Source: the human T2T-CHM13v2.0 reference genome, Homo sapiens. From it: a stretch of DNA of 64,000 nucleotides. Made by a program: the position numbers and the translations under genes. Positions within the stretch are counted from its first letter, which is position 1. Every line of letters begins with the position of its first letter. Below the pieces are notes generated by a model. That model ran no database searches and was not told the origin of the DNA. It saw only the letters and a list, made by a program, of their open reading frames with translations. Shown here one piece after another: positions 14,801 to 29,494 of this stretch. The stretch is taken from the NCBI RefSeq assembly GCF_009914755.1, contig NC_060948.1, one strand, 5' to 3'.

Positions 14801-15415
14801 CTCTTCAGTTCGATTCCATTCCATTCGTTTCGATTCCTTTCCATTCCAGCCCATTCCATTCCATTCCATTCCTTTCCTTTCCGTTTCATTAGATTCCATT
14901 GCATTCGATTCCATTCAATTCAATTCCGTTCTATTCAATTTGATTCATGTCCATTTAATTCCATTCCATTAGATTCCATTCCGTTCGATTCCATTCCTTT
15001 CGAATCCATTCCATTGGAGTCCATTCACTTCCAGAACATTCCATTCCAGTCGAATCCATTCGAGTACATTCCATTAAAGTTCATTACATTCTAATACATT
15101 CCATTCCATTGCATTCCATTCCATTCCATTCGATGCCATTCGATTCCATTCCATGCCAAATCATTGCATTCCTTTCCATTCCGTTCCTATCAATTCCATT
15201 CCATTCGATTTAGTTTGATTTTATTCACTTCCATTCCATTCGATTCCATTCCATTGGAGTCAATTCCTTTGGACACCCAGCCTTTCCAGTCAATGTTTTT
15301 GGATTCCATTTTTTTGCATTCCATTACATTCTATGACATTCGATTCCGTTTCATTGCATTCCATTCCATACATTTTTATTCCATTCGAGACCGTAGCATT
15401 CCACTTTATTCCAGG
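11881..15415 (+). repeat. DYZ1: DYZ1 monomer U4 (3535 bp)
   Basis: Landmark spacing; no 14-bp insert; 85-bp variable tract. Confidence 0.92.
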
Positions 15416-18400
15416 TCTGTCCATTACACTACATTCCCTTCCATTCCAATGAATTCCATTCCATTCCAATCCATTCCTTTCCTTTCGCTTGCATTCCATT
15501 CTATTCTCTTCTACTGCATACAATTTCACTCCATTCGTTCCCATTCCATTCAATTCCATTCCATTCAATTCCATTCCATTTGTTTCCATTCTCTTCGATT
15601 CCATTTCTTTATATTCCATGCCATTCGATTCCATTCTATTGGATTGCATTACATTCGTGTTCATTCCATTCCAGACCATTCCATTTGACTCCATTCTTTT
15701 CGAGCCCTTTCAATTTGAGTCCATTCCTTTCCAGTCCATTTCACTCCAGTCCATTACTATCCATTCCATACCATTCCATCCCATTCCATTCCATTCCATT
15801 CCATTCCATTCCATTCCATTCCATTGCACTGCACTCCATTCCATTACATTCTACTCTATCTGAGTCGATTTTATTGCATTAGATTCTATTCCATTGGATT
15901 ACTTTCCATTCGATTACATTCCATTCATGTACATTCCATTCCACTCAATTACATTCGAGTTGATTACATTACATTCCAGTATATTCCATTCTATTCGATC
16001 CCATTCCTGTCAATTCCATTTCATTCGACTCCATTATATTCGATTCCATTCCACTCGAAAACATTCCATTAGAGGACATTCCATTCCAATGCATTCCATT
16101 CCATTCCATAGCATTCCATTGCATTCGATTCCATTCCATTTGATGCCATTCCATTTGATGCCATTCCATGACATTCCATTCCATTCGAGTCCATTCCGTT
16201 CCAATTCATTCCATTCCGTTTCATGAAATTCGAGTCCTTTCCAGTACATTTCATTCCAATCCCATCCAATCCAATCTACTCCATTCAATTCCTTTCCATT
16301 CCATTTGATTTGATTCCATTCAGTTTGATTCCATTCCGTGAAATTTCGTTCCATTCTATTCCATTGCATTACTTTCCATTCAATTCCATTCCATTTCATT
16401 TCAGTCCATTCGCTTCCTTTCCTTTCGATTCAATTCCACTTGATTCCACTCCATTCTATGCGATTTCATTCCAATCGATTCAATTCCATTCGATGACATT
16501 CCTTTCGTTTCCATTCCATTCGAGTCCATTCAATTTGAGCATTCGTGTCCATTCTATTCGAGTCCATTCCATTACCGTCTATTCTATTCCCTTCCATTCC
16601 TGTTGATTCAATTTCATTCCCTTCCATTCGATTCCTTTCCATTCGATTCCATTCCTTTCCATTCCATTCCATTCGTTCCCATTCCATGTGATTTCATTCC
16701 ATTCCAGTCCATTATATTCGAGTCCACTCCACTCCATTCTATTACATTCAATTCCTTTTGAGTCCGTTCCATAACACTCCATTCATTTCGATTCCATTTC
16801 TTGCCAGTTTTCTTCCATTTTATTCCATTCCGTTCGATTCCATTCCATTCGATTGCATTCCATTAGAATCCTTTCCATTCCATTTCATTCCATTCCTTTC
16901 TATTCCATTCCATTTCATTCGATTTGATTCCATTCTGTTCTATTCCATTCAATTCTTTTTCATTCCATTCGAATCCTTTCTATTGCAGTCCATTCCATTC
17001 GAGTCCATTCCAATCCCTTCCATTCCATTCCATTACAGTCCATTCCAATAGATTCCATTCCTTTGCCTTCCATTCGAATCCATTCCATTCTAGTCCATTC
17101 CATTTGAGTCAATTCCATTCCATTCCATTCTATTCCTTTCCAAACCATTCGATTCCATTCGATTCAATTCCATTTGATTCTCTTTCATTCTATTTTATTC
17201 CATGCCATTTGATTGCATTGCATTCCATTCCGTTTGATTCCAGTCCATTCAAGAAAGTTCCATTCCAGTCCATTGCTTTCGAGTCCATTCCATTCCACTC
17301 TAGTCTATTCCACTCCATTCCTTTCCATTCCATTCCATACTATTCCATTCCATTCCTTTGCATTCCGTTTCCAATCTATTCGAGTCCATTGCATTCCAGT
17401 CCAATCCATTCCATTACATTCCTTTTGATTCCCTGCCAGTCGATTGCATTGCATACTAGACCATTCCAAAGGAGTCCATTGCATTCTATCTCAACACTTT
17501 CCATTCCACTCTGTTCGAGTCCATTCCATTCCAGTCCATTTAATTCAAGGGCATTCCATTCCATTCCATTCCATTTCATATTATTCCATTCCATTCAATT
17601 CCATTCCAGATGATTCCATTCCATTCTATACCATTGCTCTCTGTTCCATTCCATTCCATCTGTCTCCATTCCTTTCGTTTCGATTCCTTTCCATTCCATT
17701 CCATTACATTTGATCCTATTTTATTAAATTGCATTCTATTCGAGTGATTTCCATTCGAGTCCTTTCCATTAGATTCCATTGCATTCTATTCCATTCCTTT
17801 GGATTCCATTCCATTCCGTTCCGTTCACATCAATTCTTTGCGATTCCATTACATTCGATTTCTTGCCATTCGATTCCATTCCTTTTGACTCCATTTCATT
17901 CGATTCCATTCCATTCCATTAACTTCCATTCCATTCGAGACCTTTCCATTGCAGTCTTTTCCCTTCGAGTCCATTCCGTTCGATTCCCTTCCATTCGATT
18001 CCATTCCATTGGAGTCCGTACCAGTCGAGTCCATTCTATTCCAGTCCATTAGTTTCGACTCCATTGCATTCGAGTGCATTCCATTCCGTGGCTGTCCATT
18101 CCATTCCGTTTGATGCCATTCCATACGATTCCATTCAATTCGAGACCATTCTATTCCTGTCCATTCCTTGTGGTTCGATTCCATTTCAATCTAGTCCATT
18201 CCATTCCATTCAATTCCATTCGACTCTATTCCGTTCCATTCAATTCCATCCCATTCGATTCCATTTTTTTAGAGAACCTTCCATTACGCTCCCTTCCATT
18301 CCAGTGCATTCCATTCCAGTCTCTTCAGTTCGATTCCATTCCATTCGTTTCGATTCCTTTCCATTCCAGCCCATTCCATTCCATTCCATTCCTTTCCTTT

Positions 18401-18935
18401 CCGTTTCATTAGATTCCATTGCATTCGATTCCATTCAATTCAATTCCGTGCTATTCAATTTGATTCATGTCCATTTAATTCCATTCCATTAGATTCCATT
18501 CCGTTCGATTCCATTCCTTTCGAATCCATTCCATTGGAGTCCATTCACTTCCAGAACATTCCATTCCAGTCGAATCCATTCGAGTACATTCCATTAAAGT
18601 TCATTACATTCTAATACATTCCATTCCATTGCATTCCATTCCATTCCATTCGATGCCATTCGATTCCATTCCATGCCAAATCATTGCATTCCTTTCCATT
18701 CCGTTCCTATCAATTCCATTCCATTCGATTTAGTTTGATTCTATTCACTTCCATTCCATTCGATTCCATTCCATTGGAGTCAATTCCTTTGGACACTCAG
18801 CCTTTCCAGTCAATGTTTTTGGATTCCATTTTTTTGCATTCCATTACATTCTATGACATTCGATTCCGTTTCATTGCATTCCATTCCATACATTTTTATT
18901 CCATTCGAGACCGTAGCATTCCACTTTATTCCAGG
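15416..18935 (+). repeat. DYZ1: DYZ1 monomer U5 (3520 bp)
   Basis: Landmark spacing; GGTC at both ends; 70-bp tract. Confidence 0.92.
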
Positions 18936-21900
18936 TCTGTCCATTACACTACATTCCCTTCCATTCCAATGAATTCCATTCCATTCCAATCCATTCCTTT
19001 CCTTTCGCTTGCATTCCATTCTATTCTCTTCTACTGCATACAATTTCACTCCATTCGTTCCCATTCCATTCAATTCCATTCCATTCAATTCCATTCCATT
19101 TGTTCCCATTCTCTTCGATTCCATTTCTTTATATTCCATGCCATTCGATTCCATTCTATTGGATTGCATTACATTCGTGTTCATTCCATTCCAGACCATT
19201 CCATTTGACTCCATTCTTTTCGAGCCCTTTCAATTTGAGTCCATTCCTTTCCAGTCCATTTCACTCCAGTCCATTACTATCCATTCTATACCATTCCATC
19301 CCATTCCATTCCATTGCATTCCATTCCATTCCATTGCATTCCATTCCATTCCATTCCATTGCACTGCACTCCATTCCATTACATTCTACTCTATCTGAGT
19401 CGATTTTATTGCATTAGATTCTATTCCATTGGATTACTTTCCATTCGATTACATTCCATTCATGTACATTCCATTCCACTCAATTACATTCGAGTTGATT
19501 ACATTACATTCCAGTATATTCCATTCTATTCGATCCCATTCCTGTCAATTCCATTTCATTCGATTCCATTATATTCGATTCCATTCCACTCGAATCCATT
19601 CCATTAGAGGACATTCCATTCCAATGCATTCCATTCCATTCCATAGCATTCCATTGCATTCGATTCCATTCCATTTGATGCCATTCCATTTGATGCCATT
19701 CCATGACATTCCATTCCATTCGAGTCCATTCCGTTCCAATTCATTCCATTCCGTTTCATGAAATTCGAGTCCTTTCCAGTACATTTCATTCCAATCCCAT
19801 CCAATCCAATCTACTCCATTCAATTCCTTTCCATTCCATTTGATTTGATTCCATTCAGTTTGATTCCATTCCGTGAAATTTCGTTCCATTCTATTCCATT
19901 GCATTACTTTCCATTCAATCCCATTCCATTTCATTTCAGTCCATTCTCTTCCTTTCCTTTCGATTCAATTCCATTTGATTCCTCTCCATTCTATGCGATT
20001 TCATTCCAATCGATTCAATTCCATTCGATGACATTCCTTTCGTTTCCATTCCATTCGAGTCCATTCAATTTGAGCATTCGTGTCCATTCTATTCGAGTCC
20101 ATTCCATTACCGTCTATTCTATTCCCTTCCATTCCTGTTGATTCAATTTCATTCCCTTCCATTCGATTCCTTTCCATTCGATTCCATTCCTTTCCATTCC
20201 ATTCCATTCGTTCCCATTCCATGTGATTTCATTCCATTCCAGTCCATTATATTCGAGTCCAATCCACTCCATTCTGTTACATTCAATTCCTTTTGAGTCC
20301 GTTCCGTAACACTCCATTCATTTCGATTCCATTTCTTGCCAGTTTTCTTCCATTTTATTCCATTCCGATCGATTCCATTCCATTCGATTGCATTCCATTC
20401 GAATCCTTTCCGTTCCATTTCATTCCATTCCTTTCTATTCCATTCCATTTCATTCGATTTGATTCCATTCTGTTCTATTCCATTCAATTCTTTTTCATTC
20501 CATTCGAATCCTTTCTATTGCAGTCCATTCCATTCGAGTCCATTCCAATCCCTTCCATTCCATTCCATTACAGTCCATTCCAATAGATTCCATTCCTTTG
20601 CCTTCCATTCGAATCCATTCCATTCTAGTCCATTCCATTTGAGTCAATTCCATTCCATTCCATTCTATTCCTTTCCAAACCATTCGATTCCATTCGATTC
20701 AATTCCATTTGATTCTCTTTCATTCTGTTTTATTCCATGCCATTTGATTGCATTGCATTCCATTCCGTTTGATTCCAGTCCATTCAAGAAAGTTCCATTC
20801 CAGTCCATTGCTTTCGAGTCCATTCCATTCCACTCTAGTCTATTCCACTCCATTCCTTTCCATTCCATTCCATACTATTCCATTCCATTCCTTTGCATTC
20901 CGTTTCCAATCTATTCGAGTCCATTGCATTCCAGTCCAATCCATTCCATTACATTCCTTTTGATTCCCTGCCAGTCGATTGCATTGCATACTAGACCATT
21001 CCAAAGGAGTCCATTGCATTCTATCTCAACACTTTCCATTCCACTCTGTTCGAGTCCATTCCATTCCAGTCCATTTAATTCAAGGGCATTCCATTCCATT
21101 CCATTCCATTTCATATTATTCCATTCCATTCAATTCCATTCCAGATGATTCCATTCCATTCTATACCATTGCTCTCTGTTCCATTCCATTCCATCTGTCT
21201 CCATTCCTTTCGTTTCGATTCCTTTCCATTCCATTCCATTACATTTGATCCTATTTTATTAAATTGCATTCTATTCGAGTGATTTCCATTCGAGTCCTTT
21301 CCATTAGATTCCATTGCATTCTATTCCATTCCTTTGGATTCCATTCCATTCCGTTCCGTTCACATCAATTCTTTGCGATTCCATTACATTCGATTTCTTG
21401 CCATTCGATTCCATTCCTTTTGACTCCATTTCATTCGATTCCATTCCATTCCATTAACTTCCATTCCATTCGAGACCTTTCCATTGCAGTCTTTTCCCTT
21501 CGAGTCCATTCCGTTCGATTCCCTTCCATTCGATTCCATTCCATTGGAGTCCGTACCAGTCGAGTCCATTCTATTCCAGTCCATTAGTTTCGACTCCATT
21601 GCATTCGAGTGCATTCCATTCCGTGGCTGTCCATTCCATTCCGTTTGATGCCATTCCATACGATTCCATTCAATTCGAGACCATTCTATTCCTGTCCATT
21701 CCTTGTGGTTCGATTCCATTTCAATCTAGTCCATTCCATTCCATTCAATTCCATTCGACTCTATTCCGTTGCATTCAATTCCATCCCATTCGATTCCATT
21801 TTTTTAGAGAACCTTCCATTACGCTCCCTTCCATTCCAGTGCATTCCATTCCAGTCTCTTCAGTTCGATTCCATTCCATTCGTTTCGATTCCTTTCCATT

Positions 21901-22470
21901 CCAGCCCATTCCATTCCATTCCATTCCTTTCCTTTCCGTTTCATTAGATTCCATTGCATTCGATTCCATTCAATTCAATTCCGTGCTATTCAATTTGATT
22001 CATGTCCATTTAATTCCATTCCATTAGATTCCATTCCGTTCGATTCCATTCCTTTCGAATCCATTCCATTGGAGTCCATTCACTTCCAGAACATTCCATT
22101 CCAGTCGAATCCATTCGAGTACATTCCATTAAAGTTCATTACATTCTAATACATTCCATTCCATTGCATTCCATTCCATTCCATTCGATGCCATTCGATT
22201 CCATTCCATGCCAAATCATTGCATTCCTTTCCATTCCGTTCCTATCAATTCCATTCCATTCGATTTAGTTTGATTCTATTCACTTCCATTCCATTCGATT
22301 CCATTCCATTGGAGTCAATTCCTTTGGACACCCAGCCTTTCCAGTCAATGTTTTTGGATTCCATTTTTTTGCATTCCATTACATTCTATGACATTCGATT
22401 CCGTTTCATTGCATTCCATTCCATACATTTTTATTCCATTCGAGACCGTAGCATTCCACTTTATTCCAGG
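18936..22470 (+). repeat. DYZ1: DYZ1 monomer U6 (3535 bp)
   Basis: Landmark spacing; GGTC at both ends; 85-bp tract. Confidence 0.92.
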
Positions 22471-25400
22471 TCTGTCCATTACACTACATTCCCTTCCATT
22501 CCAATGAATTCCATTCCATTCCAATCCATTCCTTTCCTTTCGCTTGCATTCCATTCTATTCTCTTCTACTGCATACAATTTCACTCCATTCGTTCCCATT
22601 CCATTCAATTCCATTCCATTCAATTCCATTCCATTTGTTCCCATTCTCTTCGATTCCATTTCTTTATATTCCATGCCATTCGATTCCATTCTATTGGATT
22701 GCATTACATTCGTGTTCATTCCATTCCAGACCATTCCATTTGACTCCATTCTTTTCGAGCCCTTTCAATTTGAGTCCATTCCTTTCCAGTCCATTTCACT
22801 CCAGTCCATTACTATCCATTCTATACCATTCCATCCCATTCCATTCCATTGCATTCCATTCCATTCCATTGCATTCCATTCCATTCCATTCCATTGCACT
22901 GCACTCCATTCCATTACATTCTACTCTATCTGAGTCGATTTTATTGCATTAGATTCTATTCCATTGGATTACTTTCCATTCGATTACATTCCATTCATGT
23001 ACATTCCATTCCACTCAATTACATTCGAGTTGATTACATTACATTCCAGTATATTCCATTCTATTCGATCCCATTCCTGTCAATTCCATTTCATTCGATT
23101 CCATTATATTCGATTCCATTCCACTCGAATCCATTCCATTAGAGGACATTCCATTCCAATGCATTCCATTCCATTCCATAGCATTCCATTGCATTCGATT
23201 CCATTCCATTTGATGCCATTCCATTTGATGCCATTCCATGACATTCCATTCCATTCGAGTCCATTCCGTTCCAATTCATTCCATTCCGTTTCATGAAATT
23301 CGAGTCCTTTCCAGTACATTTCATTCCAATCCCATCCAATCCAATCTACTCCATTCAATTCCTTTCCATTCCATTTGATTTGATTCCATTCAGTTTGATT
23401 CCATTCCGTGAAATTTCGTTCCATTCTATTCCATTGCATTACTTTCCATTCAATCCCATTCCATTTCATTTCAGTCCATTCTCTTCCTTTCCTTTCGATT
23501 CAATTCCATTTGATTCCACTCCATTCTATGCGATTTCATTCCAATCGATTCAATTCCATTCGATGACATTCCTTTCGTTTCCATTCCATTCGAGTCCATT
23601 CAATTTGAGCATTCGTGTCCATTCTATTCGAGTCCATTCCATTACCGTCTATTCTATTCCCTTCCATTCCTGTTGATTCAATTTCATTCCCTTCCATTCG
23701 ATTCCTTTCCATTCGATTCCATTCCTTTCCATTCCATTCCATTCGTTCCCATTCCATGTGATTTCATTCCATTCCAGTCCATTATATTCGAGTCCAATCC
23801 ACTCCATTCTGTTACATTCAATTCCTTTTGAGTCCGTTCCGTAACACTCCATTCATTTCGATTCCATTTCTTGCCAGTTTTCTTCCATTTTATTCCATTC
23901 CGATCGATTCCATTCCATTCGATTGCATTCCATTCGAATCCTTTCCGTTCCATTTCATTCCATTCCTTTCTATTCCATTCCATTTCATTCGATTTGATTC
24001 CATTCTGTTCTATTCCATTCAATTCTTTTTCATTCCATTCGAATCCTTTCTATTGCAGTCCATTCCATTCGAGTCCATTCCAATCCCTTCCATTCCATTC
24101 CATTACAGTCCATTCCAATAGATTCCATTCCTTTGCCTTCCATTGGAATCCATTCCATTCTAGTCCATTCCATTTGAGTCAATTCCATTCCATTCCATTC
24201 TATTCCTTTCCAATCCATTCGATTCCATTCGATTCAATTCCATTTGATTCTCTTTCATTCTATTTTATTCCATGATATTTGATTGCATTGCATTCCATTC
24301 CGTTTGATTCCAGTACATTCAAGAAAGTTCCATTCCAGTCCATTGCTTTCGAGTCCATTCCATTCCACTCTAGTCTATTCCACTCCATTCCTTTCCATTC
24401 CATTCCATACTATTCCATTCCATTCCTTTGCATTCCGTTTCCAATCTATTCGAGTCCATTGCATTCCAGTCCAATCCATTCGATTACATTCCTTTTGATT
24501 CCCTGCCAGTCGATTGCATTGCATACTAGACCATTCCAAAGGAGTCCATTGCATTCTATCTCAACACTTTCCATTCCACTCTGTTCGAGTCCATTCCATT
24601 CCAGTCCATTTAATTCAAGGGCATTCCATTCCATTCCATTCCATTTCATATTATTCCATTCCATTCAATTCCATTCCAGATGATTCCATTCCATTCTATA
24701 CCATTGCTCTCTGTTCCATTCCATTCCATCTGTCTCCATTCCTTTCGTTTCGATTCCTTTCCATTCCATTCCATTCCATTTGATCCTATTTTATTAAATT
24801 GCATTCTCTTCGAGTGATTTCCATTCGAGTCCTTTCCATTAGATTCCATTCCATTCTATTCCATTCCTTTGGATTCCATTCCATTCCGTTCCGTTCACAT
24901 CAATTCTTTGCGATTCCATTACATTCAATTTCTTGCCATTCGATTCCATTCCTTTTGACTCCATTTCATTCGATTCCATTCCATTCCATTAACTTCCATT
25001 CCATTCGAGACCTTTCCATTGCAGTCTTTTCCCTTCGAGTCCATTCCGTTCGATTCCCTTCCATTCGATTCCATTCCATTGGAGTCCGTACCAGTCGAGT
25101 CCATTCTATTCCAGTCCATTAGTTTCGACTCCATTGCATTCGAGTGCATTCCATTCCGTGGCTGTCCATTCCATTCCGTTTGATGCCATTCCATACGATT
25201 CCATTCAATTCGAGACCATTCTATTCCTGTCCATTCCTTGTGGTTCGATTCCATTTCACTCTAGTCCATTCCATTCCATTCAATTCCATTCGACTCTATT
25301 CCGTTCCATTCAATTCCATCCCATTCGATTCCATTTTTTTCGAGAACCTTCCGTTACACTCCCTTCCATTCCAGTGCATTCCATTCCAGTCTCTTCAGTT

Positions 25401-25990
25401 TGATTCCATTCCATTCGTTTCGATTCCTTTCCATTCCAGCCCATTCCATTCCATTCCATTCCTTTCCTTTCCGTTTCATTAGATTCCATTGCATTCCATT
25501 CCATTCAATTCAATTCCGTGCTATTCAATTTGATTCATTTCCATTTAATTCCATTCCATTAGATTCCATTCCGTTCGATTCCATTCCTTTCGAATCCATT
25601 CCATTGGAGTCCATTCACTTCCAGAACATTCCATTCCAGTCGAATCCATTCGAGTACATTCCATTAAAGTTCATTACATTCTAATACATTCCATTCCATT
25701 CCATTCGATGCCATTCGATTCCATTCCATGCCAAATCATTGCATTCCTTTCCATTCCGTTCCTATCAATTCCATTCCATTCGATTTAGTTTGATTCTATT
25801 CACTTCCATTCCATTCGATTCCATTCCATTGGAGTCAATTCCTTTGGACACCCAGCCTTTCCAGTCAATGTTTTTGGATTCCATTTTTTTGCATTCCATT
25901 ACATTCTATGACATTCGATTCCGTTTCATTGCATTCCATTCCATACATTTTTATTCCATTCGAGACCGTAGCATTCCACTTTATTCCAGG
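22471..25990 (+). repeat. DYZ1: DYZ1 monomer U7 (3520 bp)
   Basis: 85-bp tract plus a 15-bp deletion near 25690. Confidence 0.92.
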
Positions 25991-28900
25991 CCTGTCCATT
26001 ACACTACATTCCCTTCCATTCCAATGAATTCCATTCCATTCCAATCCATTCCTTTCCTTTCGCTTGCATTCCATTCTATTCTCTTCTACTGCATACAATT
26101 TCACTCCATTCATTCCCATTCCATTCAATTCCATTCCATTCAATTCCATTCCATTTGTTTCCATTCTCTTCGATTCCATTTCTTTATATTCCATGCCATT
26201 CGATTCCATTTTATTGGATTGCATTACATTCGTGTTCATTCCATTCCAGACCATTCCATTTGACTCCATTCTTTTCGAGCCCTTTCAATTTGAGTCCATT
26301 CCTTTCCAGTCCATTTCACTCCAGTCCATTACTATCCATTCCATACCATTCCATCCCATTCCATCCCATTCCATTCCATTCCATTCCATTCCATTCCATT
26401 GCACTGCACTCCATTCCATTACATTCTACTCTATCTGAGTCGATTTTATTGCATTAGATTCTATTCCATTGGATTACTTTCCATTCGATTACATTCCATT
26501 CATGTACATTCCATTCCAGTCAATTACATTCGAGTTCATTACATTACATTCCAGTATATTCCATTCTATTCGATCCCATTCCTTTCAATTCCATTTCATT
26601 CGACTCCATTATATTCGATTCCATTCCACTCGAATCCATTCCATTAGAGGACATTCCATTCCAATGCACTCCATTCCATTCCATAGCATTCCATTGCATT
26701 CGATTCCATTCCATTTGATGCCATTCCATTTGATGCCATTCCATGACATTCCATTCCATTCGAGTCCATTCCGTTCCAATTCATTCCATTCCGTTTCATG
26801 AAATTCGAGTCCTTTCCAGTACATTTCATTCCAATCCCATCCAATCCAATCTACTCCATTCAATTCCTTTCCATTCCATTTGATTTGATTCCATTCAGTT
26901 TGATTCCATTCCGTGAAATTTCGTTCCATTGTATTCCATTGCATTACTTTCCATTCAATTCCATTCCATTTCATTTCAGTCCATTCGCTTCCTTTCCTTT
27001 TGATTCAATTCCATTTGATTCCACTCCATTCTATGCGATTTCATTCCAATCGATTCAATTCCATTCGATGACATTCCTTTCGTTTCCATTCCATTCGAGT
27101 CCATTCAATTTGAACATTCGTGTCCATTCTATTCGAGTCCATTCCATTACCGTCTATTCTATTCCCTTCCATTCCTGTTGATTCAATTTCATTCCCTTCC
27201 ATTCGATTCCTTTCCATTCGATTCCATTCCTTTCCATTCCATTCCATTCGTTCCCATTCCATGTGATTTCATTCCATTCCAGTCCATTATATTCGAGTCC
27301 ACTCCACTCCATTCTATTACATTCAATTCCTTTTGAGTCCGTTCCATAACACTCCATTCATTTCGATTCCATTTCTTGCCAGTTTTCTTCCATTTTATTC
27401 CATTCCGTTTGATTCCATTCCATTCGATTGCATTCCATTCGAATCCTTTCCATTCCATTTCATTCCATTCCTTTCTATTCCATTCCATTTCATTCGATTT
27501 GATTCCATTCTGTTCTATTCCATTCAATTCTTTTTCATTCCATTCGAATCCTTTCTATTGCAGTCCATTCCATTCGAGTCCATTCCAATCCCTTCCATTC
27601 CATTCCATTACAGTCCATTCCAATAGATTCCATTCCTTTGCCTTCCATTCGAATCCATTCCATTCTAGTCCATTCCATTTGAGTCAATTCCATTCCATTC
27701 CATTCTATTCCTTTCCAAACCATTCGATTCCATTCGATTCAATTCCATTTGATTCTCTTTCATTCTATTTTATTCCATGCCATTTGATTGCATTGCATTC
27801 CATTCCGTTTGATTCCAGTCCATTCAAGAAAGTTCCATTCCAGTCCATTGCTTTCCAGTCCATTCCATTCCACTCTAGTCTATTCCACTCCATTCCTTTC
27901 CATTCCATTCCATACTATTCCATTCCATTCCTTTGCATTCCGTTTCCAATCTATTCGAGTCCATTGCATTCCAGTCCAATCCATTCGATTACATTCCTTT
28001 TGATTCCCTGCCAGTCGATTGCATTGCATACTAGACCATTCCAAAGGAGTCCATTCCATTCTATCTCAACACTTTCCATTCCACTCTGTTCGAGTCCATT
28101 CCATTCCAGTCCATTTAATTCAAGGGCATTCCATTCCATTCCATTCCATTTCATATTATTCCATTCCATTCAATTCCATTCCAGATGATTCCATTCCATT
28201 CTATACCATTGCTCTCTGTTCCATTCCATTCCATCTGTCTCCATTCCTTTCGTTTCGATTCCTTTCCATTCCATTCCATTCCATTTCATCCTATTTTATT
28301 AAATTGCATTCTATTCGAGTGATTTCCATTCGAGTCCTTTCCATTCGATTCCATTCCATTCTATTCCATTCCTTTGGATTCCATTCCATTCCGTCCATTC
28401 ACATCCATTCCTTGCGATTCCATTACATTCGATTTCTTGCCATTCGATTCCATTCCTTTTGACTCCATTTCATTCGATTCCATTCCATTCCATTAATTTC
28501 CATTCCATTCGAGACCTTTCCATTGCAGTCTTTTCCCTTCGAGTCCATTCCGTTCGATTCCCTTCCATTCGATTCCATTCCATTGGAGTCCGTACCAGTC
28601 GAGTCCATTCTATTCCAGTCCATTAGTTTCGACTCCATTGCATTCGAGTGCATTCCATTCCGTGGCTGTCCATTCCATTCCGTTTCATGCCATTCCATAC
28701 GATTCCATTCAATTCGAGACCATTCTATTCCTGTCCATTCCTTGTGGTTCCATTCCATTTCACTCTAGGCCATTCCATTCCATTCAATTCCATTCGACTC
28801 TATTCCGTTCCATTCAATACTATTCCATTCGATTCCATTTTTTTCGAGAACCTTCCATTACACTCCCTTCCATTCCAGTGCATTCCATTCCAGTCTCTTC

Positions 28901-29494
28901 AGTTCGATTCCATTCCATTCGTTTCGATTCCTTTCCATTCCAGCCCATTCCATTCCATTCCATTCCTTTCCTTTCCGTTTCATTAGATTCCATTCAACTC
29001 AATTCCGTGCTATTCAATTTGATTCATTTCCATTTAATTCCATTCCATTAGATTCCATTCCGTTCGATTCCATTCCTTTCGAATCCATTCCATTGGAGTC
29101 CAATCAATTCCAGAACATTCCATTCCAGTCGAATCCATTCGAGTACATTCCATTAAAGTTCATTACATTCTAATACATTCCATTCCATTGCATTCCATTC
29201 CATTCCATTCGATGCCATTCGATTCCATTCCATGCCAAATCATTGCATTCCTTTCCATTCCGTTCCTATCAATTCCATTCCATTCGATTTAGTTCAATTC
29301 TATTCACTTCCATTCCATTCGATTCCATTCCATTGGAGTCAATTCCTTTCGACACCCAGCCTTTCCAGTCAATGTTTTTGGATTCCATTTTTTTGCATTC
29401 CATTACATTCTATGACATTCGATTCCGTTTCATTGCATTCCATTCCATACATTTTTATTCCATTCGAGACCGTAGCATTCCACTTTATTCCAGG
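25991..29494 (+). repeat. DYZ1: DYZ1 monomer U8 (3504 bp)
   Basis: 70-bp tract, 1-bp deletion near 28394, 15-bp deletion near 28990, extra GGCC at 28768. Confidence 0.92.
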
